Below are positions 1 through 33,557 of a stretch of DNA of 64,000 bases, one piece after another. The DNA is taken from the NCBI RefSeq assembly GCF_009914755.1, contig NC_060941.1; one strand, 5' to 3'. Source of the stretch: the human T2T-CHM13v2.0 reference genome, Homo sapiens. Numbering within the stretch: the stretch's first letter is position 1; every line of letters begins with the position of its first letter. A program made the translations under genes and the position numbers. The notes under the pieces are model-generated. The model was not told the DNA's origin. It saw nothing but the letters and a program-made list of their open reading frames with translations, and made no database searches.

Positions 1-1272
<1,272 letters not shown>

Positions 1273-1889
1273 TGTAATTTCTATTTAAATAAAACATTTT
1301 AATGGAGACCAAAAAAAAAAAGTAAGAAGAGGCTTCAGAATCAAACTCTGATTCAAATCCTAGTTCCATCAACTTTTTAGGGTTCAGTGGAATATTAAGA
1401 TGAAAATTTCCTTTACCTTAACTTCTGATTGTCACTTCACAGCAAATGACTGAAATATCTGAGCTTTTCTCTTATACATTGTTTTTAAACACCAGAGACA
1501 ACTCCCTCTTAAGAGGCTTGTGATTCATCTTCCATTTTTTGTAAAGTGAATCATTTCCCTAATTTTTCTACTTGCTAATAAGATAATAAATATAGCATAT
1601 TCTGTCTCTTTCACAAATTCCACCCCCTTTTCTCCGTATCTGACTTCAAGAGTCCACAACCTGGGAGCTGTCCAGGTACCAATTAACATTTAAAAAGCCC
1701 TCAAGTTGTTCACACAAATAGTTCTATTATTGCTTTCCTTTACAGCCTTGGTCTGCTCAAAAACCCACATTCAAATTGGATCACATAAACTCCAGCCCTT
1801 AAGCACACAGGTATTGTAGGCTAGAGGCCGCTTTTGGCTACAAACCCCCTTATTCATTTAAAATAACTTCATTCACAAGGTTCATTGAA

Positions 1890-2090
1890 CAGCTGGTTTG
1901 TGCCCATCACAGGCCCTGACAAAACACTTCGCCTAACTTGTCACTAATCCTTACAGCAACTCTGGTTGAGTGTTACTAGTATCATTTAACAGATAAGCAA
2001 ACCAAGGCTCCAAAAGATAAAATGGCTTGACCAAGATCTCACAGCCAATGAGTTGGGGAGCCTGCTGGGAAATCTAGGATTCGGGGTAAC
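1890..2090 (-). mobile_element. MIR fragment
   Basis: atcatttaacagataagcaaaccaaggctccaaaagataaaatggcttgaccaagatctcacagcc resembles the MIR core. Confidence 0.6.
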
Positions 2091-2119
2091 TAAAGGTCAC
2101 TACGGTTCTTTTTTAAAGA

Positions 2120-2420
2120 AAATTTTATTTTTATTTTATTATCTATTTAGAGACACGGTCTCACTGTGTCATCCAGGTGGGAGTACAGTGGCGGGATCTC
2201 GGCTCGCTGCAACCTCCGCCTCCCTGGTTCAAGCCATTCTCCCTCCACAGCCTCCGGAGTAGCTGGGCTTACAGGTGCCCGTTACCACGCCCAGCTAATT
2301 TTTGCATTTTTACAAAATGCACCATGTTGGCCAGGCTGGTCTCGAACTCCTGATCTCAGGTGATCCGCCCACTTCGGCCTCCCAAATGCTGGGATTACAG
2401 GCGTGAGCCACCGCGCCCCA
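2120..2420 (-). mobile_element. Alu
   Basis: Antisense Alu consensus. Confidence 0.93.
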
Positions 2421-2689
2421 CCAGGAAACTTTTAATTAACTAGTTTTAAAAGCCAAACAGTAAAGAAAAACAGCATTCCCCTCCCCCATGCATCCCCTCT
2501 CTGGAATTTTAACTTTCCTGTGCAATCATGTGGTATTTTTTTCAGGTATTTCTGCTGGTTTCCCGCCGTCTTTCTAAATAACCGGTTTAACTGGTGTGTG
2601 GCACAGACTTAACTACGATGTAACTAAAACGCCACTCTACAGTTAACTCCCTCTATTCCTTAGATTTCATTCCCGGGGTCACCTCTTTG

Positions 2690-3500
2690 GCCTAGGTGCA
2701 CACACCGCGGGCTCCGCTCTAGGTGGGGCACAGGCCTTCGCCCGCCGCATGCACCCTGGGCTGCGCAGCCCCAGCCAGCCCGACCCGGGCTCAGCGACCC
2801 CTGCCCCCGGGACCCCGCACCGGGGCTGAGCGCTCGCCTCCTGCCGGCCGCGGCTCCACGCCCTCGCCCCAGACCCTTTGTCAGAGAGCGAGGGTCGGGG
2901 AGCGAGAGCCAGGGTCCGAGGTGACCGTCGTAGTTGGGGCCGAGGTCCGTGTGGTAGGGGACTGGGACAGGAGTCGGAGTCGCAGGGCGAGGGCCCAGAT
3001 CGGGGCTGGAAGCCACAGGCCTCTCACCTCGCTTGGCCGAGCGGCCGGGACTCCGGGCCCGCAGCGGATGGAAGCGGGCGCTGCCCTGCCCGGCGGCGGC
3101 CGGGGCCTTCTGGGGTTTTCCCGCGGGCGCTCGGCAGGGCGGCAGCAGCTGCCGCGGAGAGGACGACCGCCACCGGTGCAACCAGGTCCCCGCGCCCCTG
3201 CCCGGCCTCTGGGGCGCCCAAGCGGGCCGTCCTCACCGCGGCAACTCCACGCCCGCCCCTCCAGCCCAACCTCACAGCCTTGTCCTGTCCCCAAGCAAGG
3301 AGTCGGCCTCCCTGTCCACAGGGAGGGAATCCGGCGCAGGTCGCAGCCGGCCTCTGGCTTTCGTGGGGAGGGCACCAAGGCTTCAGGTTTCCCAGCTCGC
3401 GCGTTACCGTTCAAAAGCCCCTCCTGGAGCTCTGAATTGAGGGGAGCACTCCATGCCCCTTCCTCCAAAGAGGGCGGGAGTCGCAACACTGAAGCCTTGC
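2690..3500. promoter_or_regulatory. Orphan CpG island (candidate enhancer or lncRNA promoter)
   Basis: About 0.8 kb of GC-rich, CpG-dense, non-repetitive sequence. E2F motif TTTTCCCGCG 3116-3125; GC box gcccgcccct 3251-3260. No recognisable coding sequence. Confidence 0.8.
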
Positions 3501-3759
3501 TCCAAACAAACCCCCCTACCAACCCTCTCTACTCCTCCCTCCTGACCCCCTTTCTCTGTCCATTATCCGTCTGAGGGGGTCCAGGACTTGAGCAGTTTCT
3601 GATTTCCTTTATCTTTATGGTGGGGGATCTGTTTCCCACTAAGTATGGTATCATCCTCTTTTTGGCCTCTCACCAACTCTTCCTGCCCCCTCCCTACACA
3701 CATTCATCCCCCAACCTCCCCAAATTGCGGGTTAAACCGATTTTGAACTTACGTTATTA

Positions 3760-4470
<711 letters not shown>

Positions 4471-4559
4471 TAGTGATTGTCTCAATGGTTGGTTTGTTAA
4501 GGCTTCTATGTACCCATCATTAATTTCCACCCCCCACCCCACAAATGCTTTGCCAGAAT

Positions 4560-7152
<2,593 letters not shown>

Positions 7153-7206
7153 GTAAACTATTGCTTCAAAATAATCATGGTCTCTAATGTAATAAAGGTA
7201 AATCAG

Positions 7207-8879
<1,673 letters not shown>

Positions 8880-9013
8880 TAAGCGTTATATACTTAATAC
8901 AAGCCATAAAGGTAAAGTATAGTGTTCATTTCAAAGACTGCTAGTCGATTTTTTTTTAATCTACAAGATATGTCCTCAGAAAAAACTGCTAGTTTATTCA
9001 GTTTAGTGCCAAC

Positions 9014-9496
<483 letters not shown>

Positions 9497-9864
9497 TTAA
9501 GGTAGGAAGCACTCATTCTGCAATGCCTTTATCTGAGAAATTAGGGATATTTATTTACTTGCAAAAGGCTCCATCTTAGTGTTCTTTGAAGGAGGAGTCA
9601 GTAGCTTAGGCTCTTGAAAAGGTCTTTAAGACTCAGATTTCCAAACTATTTATTATAAGCCATGCTTCTCTCTGAAAAACTCTTGATGTAACAAGAGTTT
9701 CAGAATATAACAAGTTCCCCAATTCTGTTTGGGAGTTTTATGGTGAACTCAATGTCTATTCATGACATATTCTGTTCTCCCTTCTTCCGCTCAGACACGT
9801 TGGTAAAATTTAAAGATTTCTAAGTAATGAAAAGTAGCTTCTAATGAGGAAAAGGGAACTGTGC

Positions 9865-12257
<2,393 letters not shown>

Positions 12258-12259
12258 GG

Positions 12260-17394
<5,135 letters not shown>

Positions 17395-17714
17395 AGGTTT
17401 GTTTTTAATGCTGTCAAATTTTGAGATGAGTATATCCCAGAATACACTATTGGTGCTATTTTAGCTGGTTATTTCTCATTATCAGACTTGGGAAGACAGC
17501 ATAGTATACTGTGGTGATTTTCAAAAAAAATTCTTTTTAGCAAGTAGAACCATTATGTTCAAACAAATTATAAAACAGTCACAAGTAGAACATCTCTGAT
17601 GAAAGACAAATGGGAATGCAGAGCCCACCATATTGCAGCTTCCTCTTCTCCCGGAGGGTAGCTTCCTGAAACTCTGGGGTTCCAGAAAGACAGCTTGGAT
17701 ACTTTAGTCATACT

Positions 17715-17920
17715 GGAAAACATGGGGTTTTGAGCCCCCTATAGCTGGGTTTAAACTCCAGCTCTCTCATTTGTGGGATGGTGTAATGGTGGGGGAGTTA
17801 CTTAATCTCTTTGAGATTCAGTGAGAAGTATCTGAGGGGGTTGACTAATACTAATAGTAACTAACATTACTGTTTATGATTGTTGTGTGGACAGGTTGCT
17901 CAATAAATGGCAACTTACTT
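17715..17920 (+). mobile_element. MIR
   Basis: ctgggtttaaactccagctctctcatttgtg...agttacttaatctctttgagattcagt resembles the MIR core. Confidence 0.65.
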
Positions 17921-18321
17921 CACATTTGTTTAAAGTTAAATGTAAAACAACTTGTCCCACAGTCTGAAAAACAGCCATAATAGTTTTTTTTCCAGACATA
18001 GGCCTCCAGAAATTCAGGTTTAGATATTTCCACTTTGGCTCAGGTGGTTTTTTTTCTCCCCAGGTTATTAGTGTCAAGTTTCTTCCTGTCCCAGGAGTTC
18101 TAACTATGGCTTACTAACATCCTTATTATATCTTGTTAACTCTAGATAAACACACATACACAAATCAGTGGTTTATTATGAAAACCCTATAATATACAGT
18201 GAATGTTCCATGGTTCTCATGCTTTTCTTTCTTACACAAAGAAAACAAAAATGAGTAAACTTTTGGTTTTAAGAGTTGAACAGGACTGTTAAAACTGTTC
18301 CTTCAAACTACATTTTATTAG

Positions 18322-20959
<2,638 letters not shown>

Positions 20960-20967
20960 TTATTTTT

Positions 20968-21340
20968 CTGGCATGATAGTGAAGCATGAGGGCTCCAGAG
21001 ACACTGCCTGGGTTAAAAATCCCGGTTTGTGCAAGCTTCTTAACAAGTCTTGCTGTTATTTCCTCATCTATGAAATGGAGATATTAATAAATGTCTACCT
21101 CAGAGGATTGGTGTGAGAATTGAATGTTAAGCTTGTAAAAACTTAAAGTATTGCCTGGCACATAGTAAGCACTCAGTCATTATTATCCTAATTTATATTT
21201 GTGCGCTGGTGTCCAACTTTATTCATCAAGACTCATTGGATGAATCCTGATTCTATGCCAGGCACAGTGATAGACACCTCAGCTACCAAAGCATCCATCA
21301 TCCGTGCCCCAAGAGCTTAACAGTAAAGTAGAAAGAAAAA
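20968..21340. mobile_element. MIR (20968-21185) followed by an L2 fragment
   Basis: tttcctcatctatgaaatggagata...gcctggcacatagtaagcactca (MIR); ctatgccaggcacagtgatagac (L2). Confidence 0.7.
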
Positions 21341-21354
21341 GACTTGCTGCTATA

Positions 21355-21543
21355 ACACAAAGGTTCTTAACTTGAACAGGCTTCAGGAAGTCTGAGAACT
21401 TGAATGACAAAAAATATATATATTTATTTACACTAACCTCTAGCTAGAATTTAGCATCTCCTTCAACTACTAATAGGTGACAAATCATAGTAGTGTTAGC
21501 AGTGCCTGTGGCTTTGTTACCAAGAGAACTTACTGGTATTTCT
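21355..21543. mobile_element. hAT-Charlie DNA transposon fossil
   Basis: cactaacctctagctagaatttagcatctccttcaa...gtagtgttagcagtgcctgtggctttgttacca resembles Charlie4-type sequence. Confidence 0.5.
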
Positions 21544-22164
21544 CTCGGGAGGCCAAGGTTGCAGTGAGCCAAGATCGCGCCCTTGCACTCCAGCCTGGGT
21601 GACAGAGCGAGAATCCGTCTCAAAAAAAAAAAAGACTACAGAGGATAGTGTAACAAACAAGAGGGGATTCTGAACTTTTTGTCTGAATATAAAATATAGC
21701 TTGTCCTTAACAACAGGCATTCCTTATTTCAGGTAAGAAGGTATACCTAATTTCAGATGTGTTCCTGAAATGCCAAATACTATATACGTCATTTGCAGAG
21801 ATCACTTTCTTAAGTAGCAAAGGCTTTGATAAAACCTGTACTTTAGGTATTTAATCATTACAAAGATAACTAGTTTTGTAAACAACTTGAATAACCATTC
21901 CAGAGACACTTGTTTTGTAAACAGTGTTTTGCAGTTAACTATAGAGAACCCAAGTAGACATTTAAAAAATGCTGTTTAGAGTATGAAATGGTTCTATGTT
22001 TATAGGTTGGGATTTTTGAAATTTTAACGTAATATAAAAATTGGAAGAACATCCTTAGAGATCATCTTGTCCAACCTGAAATTCAAATCATTAGCTCAAC
22101 TCCAAACCAATCTGTGCCAGAAGACTGAAATGGGCCTATGTGTCTATCGTTCAAAGCAAGACCT

Positions 22165-22601
<437 letters not shown>

Positions 22602-22898
22602 CTAAGGATCTAGACTCGCTAAACCGCTCGCTGGGTCCTTCTCTCCCCACAATGCACCGGGGCCAGCAGGAAGGCCGCTCCGACCCCTAATTTTCCCGCG
22701 AATTCAGTTCAAAGAGGCGGCCGGGCCCGCGATCGGCAGCGCGCACGGGCCAACCAAGCCGCGCCTCCGCGAGAAGCGCCTCCGCGTGACTGACGGGGGA
22801 ATCCGCGGGCCAACGGGCTGGGCGGCCCGGCGGTGCGCGCTCCCGCCGGCCAATCAGAGCGCCGGGCGGGGGAAGTGGGCGGAGCGAGGCCAGGGTAG

Positions 22899-23498
<600 letters not shown>

Positions 23499-25159
23499 TA
23501 GTGGAGGGAGGAATTGAGGGGATGTCCCCCTTTCGGAGATTACGTCTCCAGGGGATCCGGAGTCCAGGGCCTTGGGAGAGCTGGAAAAGAGGGTCCGGGC
23601 GGGTTCTTGACTCCCCCAAGATTGACGCAAGAGGCTCGGGACTGGGGCCCCACGTTCAGAGCAGGCGGCTTTTAGATGAGGAGGTAGCAGTTGAACTGAG
23701 CCGCAGTCACATCCCGAGACTGGTTCTTGTTTTCTTTCATGCCTTTCGGACTCTAGAAATACAGGGGTTTCGGTTGTAGCTTTTGAGGGGCAAAATGAAG
23801 CCTGTGAAGGGATGAGTGCAGTGGAACCGAAGAAAGTGTCCTTAGTCTGAAATGCCTTCGCGCTAACTTGGTGCTGCAGGTTCCTATGGCACCTTTGGAT
23901 GCTTAAAACCCTTCAAATCTATCCACCCATTTTGTGGATATGTAAACTGAGCCAGAGAGTGGTCAAGCATCTTCTCTGGAGACGACCCCGGAATTCTGCT
24001 TTTTCTACCTGGCTTACAGAACATTTTCTTGCGTCAATTTCTGTTTCTAAGTTCTGTCTGGAAGGTGAAACTGACTTATTTGGAAAGGAGAGCAAGGTGT
24101 CTGGAAACAAACAATAGAATTTATTAAAAACATCGTGACTATGAATAATCCTGATTGTTCTTTAAGGAATGTTATATCCTGATTGGTTCCCTTTTTTGCT
24201 TTTGTGTGTTATAATTTGGGTGATCTTTAATAGCTAAATAATCTTACAGAAACTTGAATAAACTTGGCTCTACCGCCCAGTGTCCTTATTTACAGTTTCA
24301 CTGTGGCATATGTTAAGGGCATGGTATCAGCTGTGCTTAGAAAGACGTATTACGTTGTTTAATACCCTTCCTTCATTCTCTCTCATTAGTGCTTCATGAA
24401 ATTCTAATTGGAACTTAATAGAAGGAATTTCAGTTTTTATGGAAACGAATATTGAACCTGCTTCAGAGAGATTCACATTATTCACGTATTTCTTAGTATA
24501 CTTTGAAATATCTAGAGAGGCTTTAATTGGAAATAGGATGTAGAACTGAAGGGCAGTGGTGACAATAATGATACTTGTTTGTACCCCTTCTAAAGTATCT
24601 CATCTCCCTTTAGTTAATTTAAAATAAAACCAATTGAAGATTTAGGTGGAAATTTTAAAAGTTCTTTCTGAATGTTAAGACACATCCTCCAAGAAAGTTT
24701 TAACTATTTGCGTTCTGATGAGTCGACCTCAGGGAAGTCAAGTGTCATTAAGAGCTAGATCTGGTCATAAAACAACTCGAAGTTGTTTACTGGAAAGTTT
24801 AAATACTTGAATGTAATTATTCACATAGTTATTTCTATTTGGTTTATTCTGATACTGCTGTATAATGACCTAACGTGACACTAATAGGTCATTAATGTAA
24901 CTGATATAATAGTATATGTATTTTTCATCGACTTAAGTCCTGTATAACAAATTACATTTTAACTAATTTGAAATTTAATTCAACTCATTTTAAGCGTTAG
25001 AAAGACTGTTTTGTGAACCTGTCAATTGTGTAAAAAATGTATTGAGGTAATATTTATATTGAACAAAATAGATACAACTTTAAATTATAATTAGGAATAT
25101 TTATTGAGAATTTTTGCTGCAGTTTGTGTCCGAGATTCATTTCAATATTGACTGACTTT

Positions 25160-25290
25160 TGAGTGCAGTGGATCCCACCTGTAATCCTAGCTACTCTGGA
25201 GGCTGAGGCAGGAGGATCTGTTGAGCCCACGAGTTTGAGACCAGCCTGGGCAACATATCAAGACCCCTTTTCAAAAAAAGAAAAAAAAAA
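25160..25290 (+). mobile_element. FLAM (monomeric Alu)
   Basis: Single Alu-like monomer with A tail; TSD ttgactgacttt. Confidence 0.85.
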
Positions 25291-25342
25291 TCTTGACTGA
25301 CTTTCATCATACCTGTATTAGGAATGTCTGGATCTGTATTAG

Positions 25343-25699
<357 letters not shown>

Positions 25700-26159
25700 G
25701 GCTGACTACAGATTTTTTAAGTGACCATTTAAAAAGTGAAATTTTCATCTTGTTTGGCATCAATCAATAGTTCTTTTGTTGACTCCAGCTGCCTATTACA
25801 GCTGCTTTTTGGAAGAAAATCGGTAATAAATAGTTTAAATTAGCTAAGTTAAATGAGTACAACTACTTCTCTTGAGTTCTGCTCGGTAACAATAACTATC
25901 TTAGAAAGGCTTAAGAAAAATATTGTAGAGAACCTTCAGTATAAAAAGCATAGATGAACTTTGTGAATGTATGCCATTGATTGAATACCTTTTGATCTTA
26001 CTGTGCATACTTTCTTGATGTAAATATTTAGTGCGATATAAATAGTGCGTGATTTCCATAGCAGATGATAAGTTTATATTGATTATAACATGGTCTCGGT
26101 TGATATTTTTCTGACAAGTAAGTTTAGATCATGTTTGGATTTTGTTTCCTATTACCTAG

Positions 26160-26206
26160 AGCCAACACAGATCTATAGATTTCTTCGAACTCGGAATCTC
26201 ATAGCA
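26160..26206 (+). CDS. SUZ12: SUZ12 exon 2 (47 nt): KPTQIYRFLRTRNLIA
   Basis: Acceptor cctag|AG at 26159/26160; donor GCA|gtaagt at 26207. Confidence 0.98.
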
Positions 26207-26295
26207 GTAAGTAGTCAACAAAATTCATCAATATTATTTCTCTCTTATAACTGCATCTGTATTCAATTTTAACATTTTTAAAACTCTTTTTGTAG

Positions 26296-26360
26296 CCAAT
26301 ATTTTTGCACAGAACTCTTACTTACATGTCTCATCGAAACTCCAGAACAAACATCAAAAG
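26296..26360 (+). CDS. SUZ12: SUZ12 exon 3 (65 nt): PIFLHRTLTYMSHRNSRTNIKR
   Basis: Acceptor tttttgtag|CCA; donor AAAG|gtacat; preceded by a short 89-nt intron 2. Confidence 0.98.
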
Positions 26361-26594
26361 GTACATTTTATGAATCTTATTTCAAGCTGATCAAACCATG
26401 TTAGTTTTATTTTAAAGTACTATTTCTCAAAATTAAAAAAAAAAACGAACAAAAATAAGTACTATTTCTAACTAAAGATTTAAGATGAAAACTGAAGTGA
26501 GAGAGTGACTGGTTGAATTGGTTGCACAGTGGTTTTCTATAGTATAATCTTTGTAAGTCTCAGGTTGTTATTAGCTTTTTTTTTTTATCCTCTA

Positions 26595-28510
<1,916 letters not shown>

Positions 28511-29109
28511 TGGTGGTGGTCTTATTGAAGGGGAAACACTTTTGAAATCAATAGGATGAAGGTTTTTTAAAAACAATGAAGTCTTAAATCATTAGATTTT
28601 AAAGTGGGGTCTGGAGGTGGAAGACAGCTTATTTTTGCTGTGTAACATTTAGTACTTAACCATACATAATTATCAATGCAAGTTTTTTGTCCTAGGTGCA
28701 AGATTATATTTATTTGAGAGTATCAGGTGAACAAGTTTACATTTAAAGGCGAGAATTGTGTTAAGCATTTGGTATTGTCATTATAGTTTTAGTAAAACCA
28801 TCAAGTTATCTCGATAGAGTTTGAAACTAAGCTCTTTGGTGGACTGCTACTGTTTATTAAGTAGGTATCACATTTCTATAGCAAGACATAGTTGAGTTGT
28901 GTAAATCTTGTATTTTGAAGGATTGAATTGTGAAAATTATTTGTCTTTTGGCAATCTTTCTGAATAGAGAGCGTGCATGAGCAAGTTTGCATTGCAGTTA
29001 ATAGGTGAAAATTGCTGAGCACCTAAGTAACTAAAAAGGAGGTGATGAATTAGGTTACAGAATTAGTTTTGTCCACCCTTTACCTGTCTACTCCATTATT
29101 TGATTTTTG

Positions 29110-29526
29110 CCAGCATTCAGCATGCTTTTTCTGTAAAGGACCAGTAAATAGTAATTATTTTAGGCTTTGCGGCCAGGGTGCAAAATTGAGGATATTATGT
29201 AGGTACTTAATTTTAAAAGAAAGAAAAAATTTACAGTTTTTTAAAATTTCAGTCCGAAATGTCAATCTGTAAATTTTTTGTTGATTAAAATACAACAATA
29301 TAAGATAGAACATTTTGTAATACAGGCCTACTAATGAGAAATGAGAATTTTATTTTTGTGAGGGTAGGGGAGATAACATTTAGCTGAATTGGGGTTCAGA
29401 GTTAGTGTTTTCTGTAATCAAATCGATTGCTAATGTTTATCTGTAAAAACCGTTCTTACCTTCCGGGCTGTACAAAAACAGGCGATAGGCCAGATTTGAC
29501 CATGGTCCATAGTTTCCCCACCCTTG
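29110..29526. mobile_element. MER58-family hAT-Charlie element
   Basis: ttttctgtaaaggaccagtaaatagtaattattttaggctttgcggcc ... ggccagatttgaccatggtccatagttt...accct are MER58-type ends. Confidence 0.7.
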
Positions 29527-29579
29527 ATTTATTCTATAAAACTAGTAGAATTCGACTAACTGTTTTGTTTCATCAAAGC

Positions 29580-30956
<1,377 letters not shown>

Positions 30957-32122
30957 TATGGGAATCATTTAATCATCTTGTTAGATGCCTGATCTTATTA
31001 CTTATTAGGACTAATTATTAAGAAATTAAAGCACAACTCATTTGCTGTTGTCTTCAGCGTAGTTGGTGACTTTGGAAGGTGGCAGATTTAGCCCAGTGAT
31101 TGTCGTTTCTCAAAATGTTTTCAGAACTCGTTTTTTACTATTACAACAACATAATATCCATTGTTGGAATAAGCATATCACTCCCTTTAAAGTCATACTC
31201 TCAGTCGTGATATTAATTCTGGTATATTTATTAAAGTCAGCTTGTGCTTTACTCTTTCTAGAAGTATTCAACTTCTATAGGCTAACACTGCCCCAACAAA
31301 GTAAAAATATAGGTCACGAGAAGGGCATCTTTTATTGAATCCATTTTGCTAGATTTCGTGTGAGCTGTTTCTGAAGTCTCCCAAGAAAATTTTCTGAAAT
31401 TTCTTGAATTTTTAAATATGCTCCTTTTCGATGACCTTTTGATAATTATTTCCTTCTTTAAATCTGACCTACAGTAACATTACCTTTCTAAAGAACAGAA
31501 ATCCTTGGTGTTGGGGGAGGAGCAGCTTTTATATAGTTGCTTATGAGGTTGGTTTTGTTTTTTTCCTAAGGAAGGCTGGGTTGCTTTTGTGATCTTATCT
31601 ATTTCAAATGGTTAATCAATTCTATTCACTTCTCCTGTATACAGCTTCATAAAGGTAGAAGAGATGAACCTTAGAACGTACAGTCTTTTTCTGCAGACAG
31701 AATTTCTTAATCATTACATAAACATTATTCGGAAAAGTTTTCAGTAGTTTCATGGCCCTCCTCAATAGTAACTTTCAGTATTTATACTGAATAGCTCTTT
31801 GCAACTAGCCTAAAAGAGTCCTTTATTTTTGTTCTTTTTTCTCTCTTATCTGTGGAGATTGAAAATATATTGCCATCCTTCAGAAAGCGCTTCTTACTAT
31901 ACTCTATTGGATGAAACTTTAATATTGAAGTTTTCAGTAACTCTAAAGGTAAAGAGAGAAGCTTTTTTTCCCTTAAGATCTTTACTATGGAGGCTCTTCT
32001 CATTCACTTGAAATATAGATTGTATCAATTCTGCTCTAATATCAGTAGTTTACTATATTTACATTAACATTTCTCTACTGATAATTTTTACAGTAGTTGA
32101 ATACAATAAATAGCTCTTTTTT

Positions 32123-32458
<336 letters not shown>

Positions 32459-33024
32459 TTATTCGTAATTTTTGGTGTCTGCATTCAAGCATTATAAAGT
32501 AATAAATTGATGTGGAGTACATTTGGCTTTTCAAGTCCTAAAGAGGAACGGACTATATGAGTATAAAGAGAAATATTTTTTCTAATTAAATTATATATGG
32601 GTATAGATTTTTAGACTCTTATCTCTAGAACATGTCATAGACCACCTTAAGAACTAAGATGAGGCTTGTTTTTACAATCCATTCATTCTTTAATTGCTTT
32701 GAGAAGTTATACTTAAGTTTCTATTTTTTGGGAAATAGCTTTTTTCTCTTAAACTTGTCAAGTTAAAAGGTAGTAGTTTTATTACGATTTGATGGATCAT
32801 TCCCTAACTTCAAAATTTTTTCATGATGTCAACAACTGTCTCTTTAATATGACATATCATTGAGCTTTAGGCTTTGCTGATAATCTTTGAGGATACCTTG
32901 TGAACTTCAAATATATTTTATAGAATATTTCTTTTTTTATGTGATGGTGCTAGTACATATTTGTTGTGTTGCTTAGTAGACGTGTTAAGTGTTTCAGAAT
33001 ACACATAATTTATATTTGTTTGGC

Positions 33025-33305
33025 TTAATTCAACAGATACTTGAATACCTACCAAGTATAAGGCACTATGCCAGCACTGCATAGCTTTCCTTGAAGAAGA
33101 GCAATTACTGCCCTTCAGGAATATATAATCTAGTAGGAGAAATAAAATATTTACATGAGTTTTACGTGTAGGAAACTGAATGAAAAGTAAGTGTCAAAAT
33201 AAATATAAACCAAGTACCATGGGTAAGGAGAAATCACTGGTTTGGGAATAATTGGGTAAAAGGTTTAATGAAAACAAGTTAGCGTTTTAGATGGGGCTTG
33301 AAGGC
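33025..33305 (-). mobile_element. L2 fragment just upstream of exon 4
   Basis: attcaacagatacttgaatacctaccaagtataaggcactatgcc...ctgcccttcaggaatatataatctagtaggaga is a typical antisense L2 3' end. Confidence 0.65.
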
Positions 33306-33461
33306 TCGTGTGCTGTATTATACACCGTCTCCATAGTATTCATTGTTATGGCTAATCATCCATAATTTATCTTACTAAAAATAATCAAAATCTGGTTTCC
33401 ATCTTGCCTATTAGAGTGACAATAAAGTATAATTTGTTTCTTTTTCCCAGTTGAGAAGTGA

Positions 33462-33557
<96 letters not shown>

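Noticed and set aside
2660-3574. Long overlapping ORFs (173-283 aa) on both strands in the orphan CpG island
   Set aside because: Pro/Arg/Gly/Ala low-complexity products open in many frames are expected from stop-poor GC-rich DNA; no recognisable domain.
9671-9704. Small hairpin tctgaaaaactcttg-atgtaa-caagagtttcaga
   Set aside because: The stem is too short for a miRNA precursor and is plausible by chance or local template switch.
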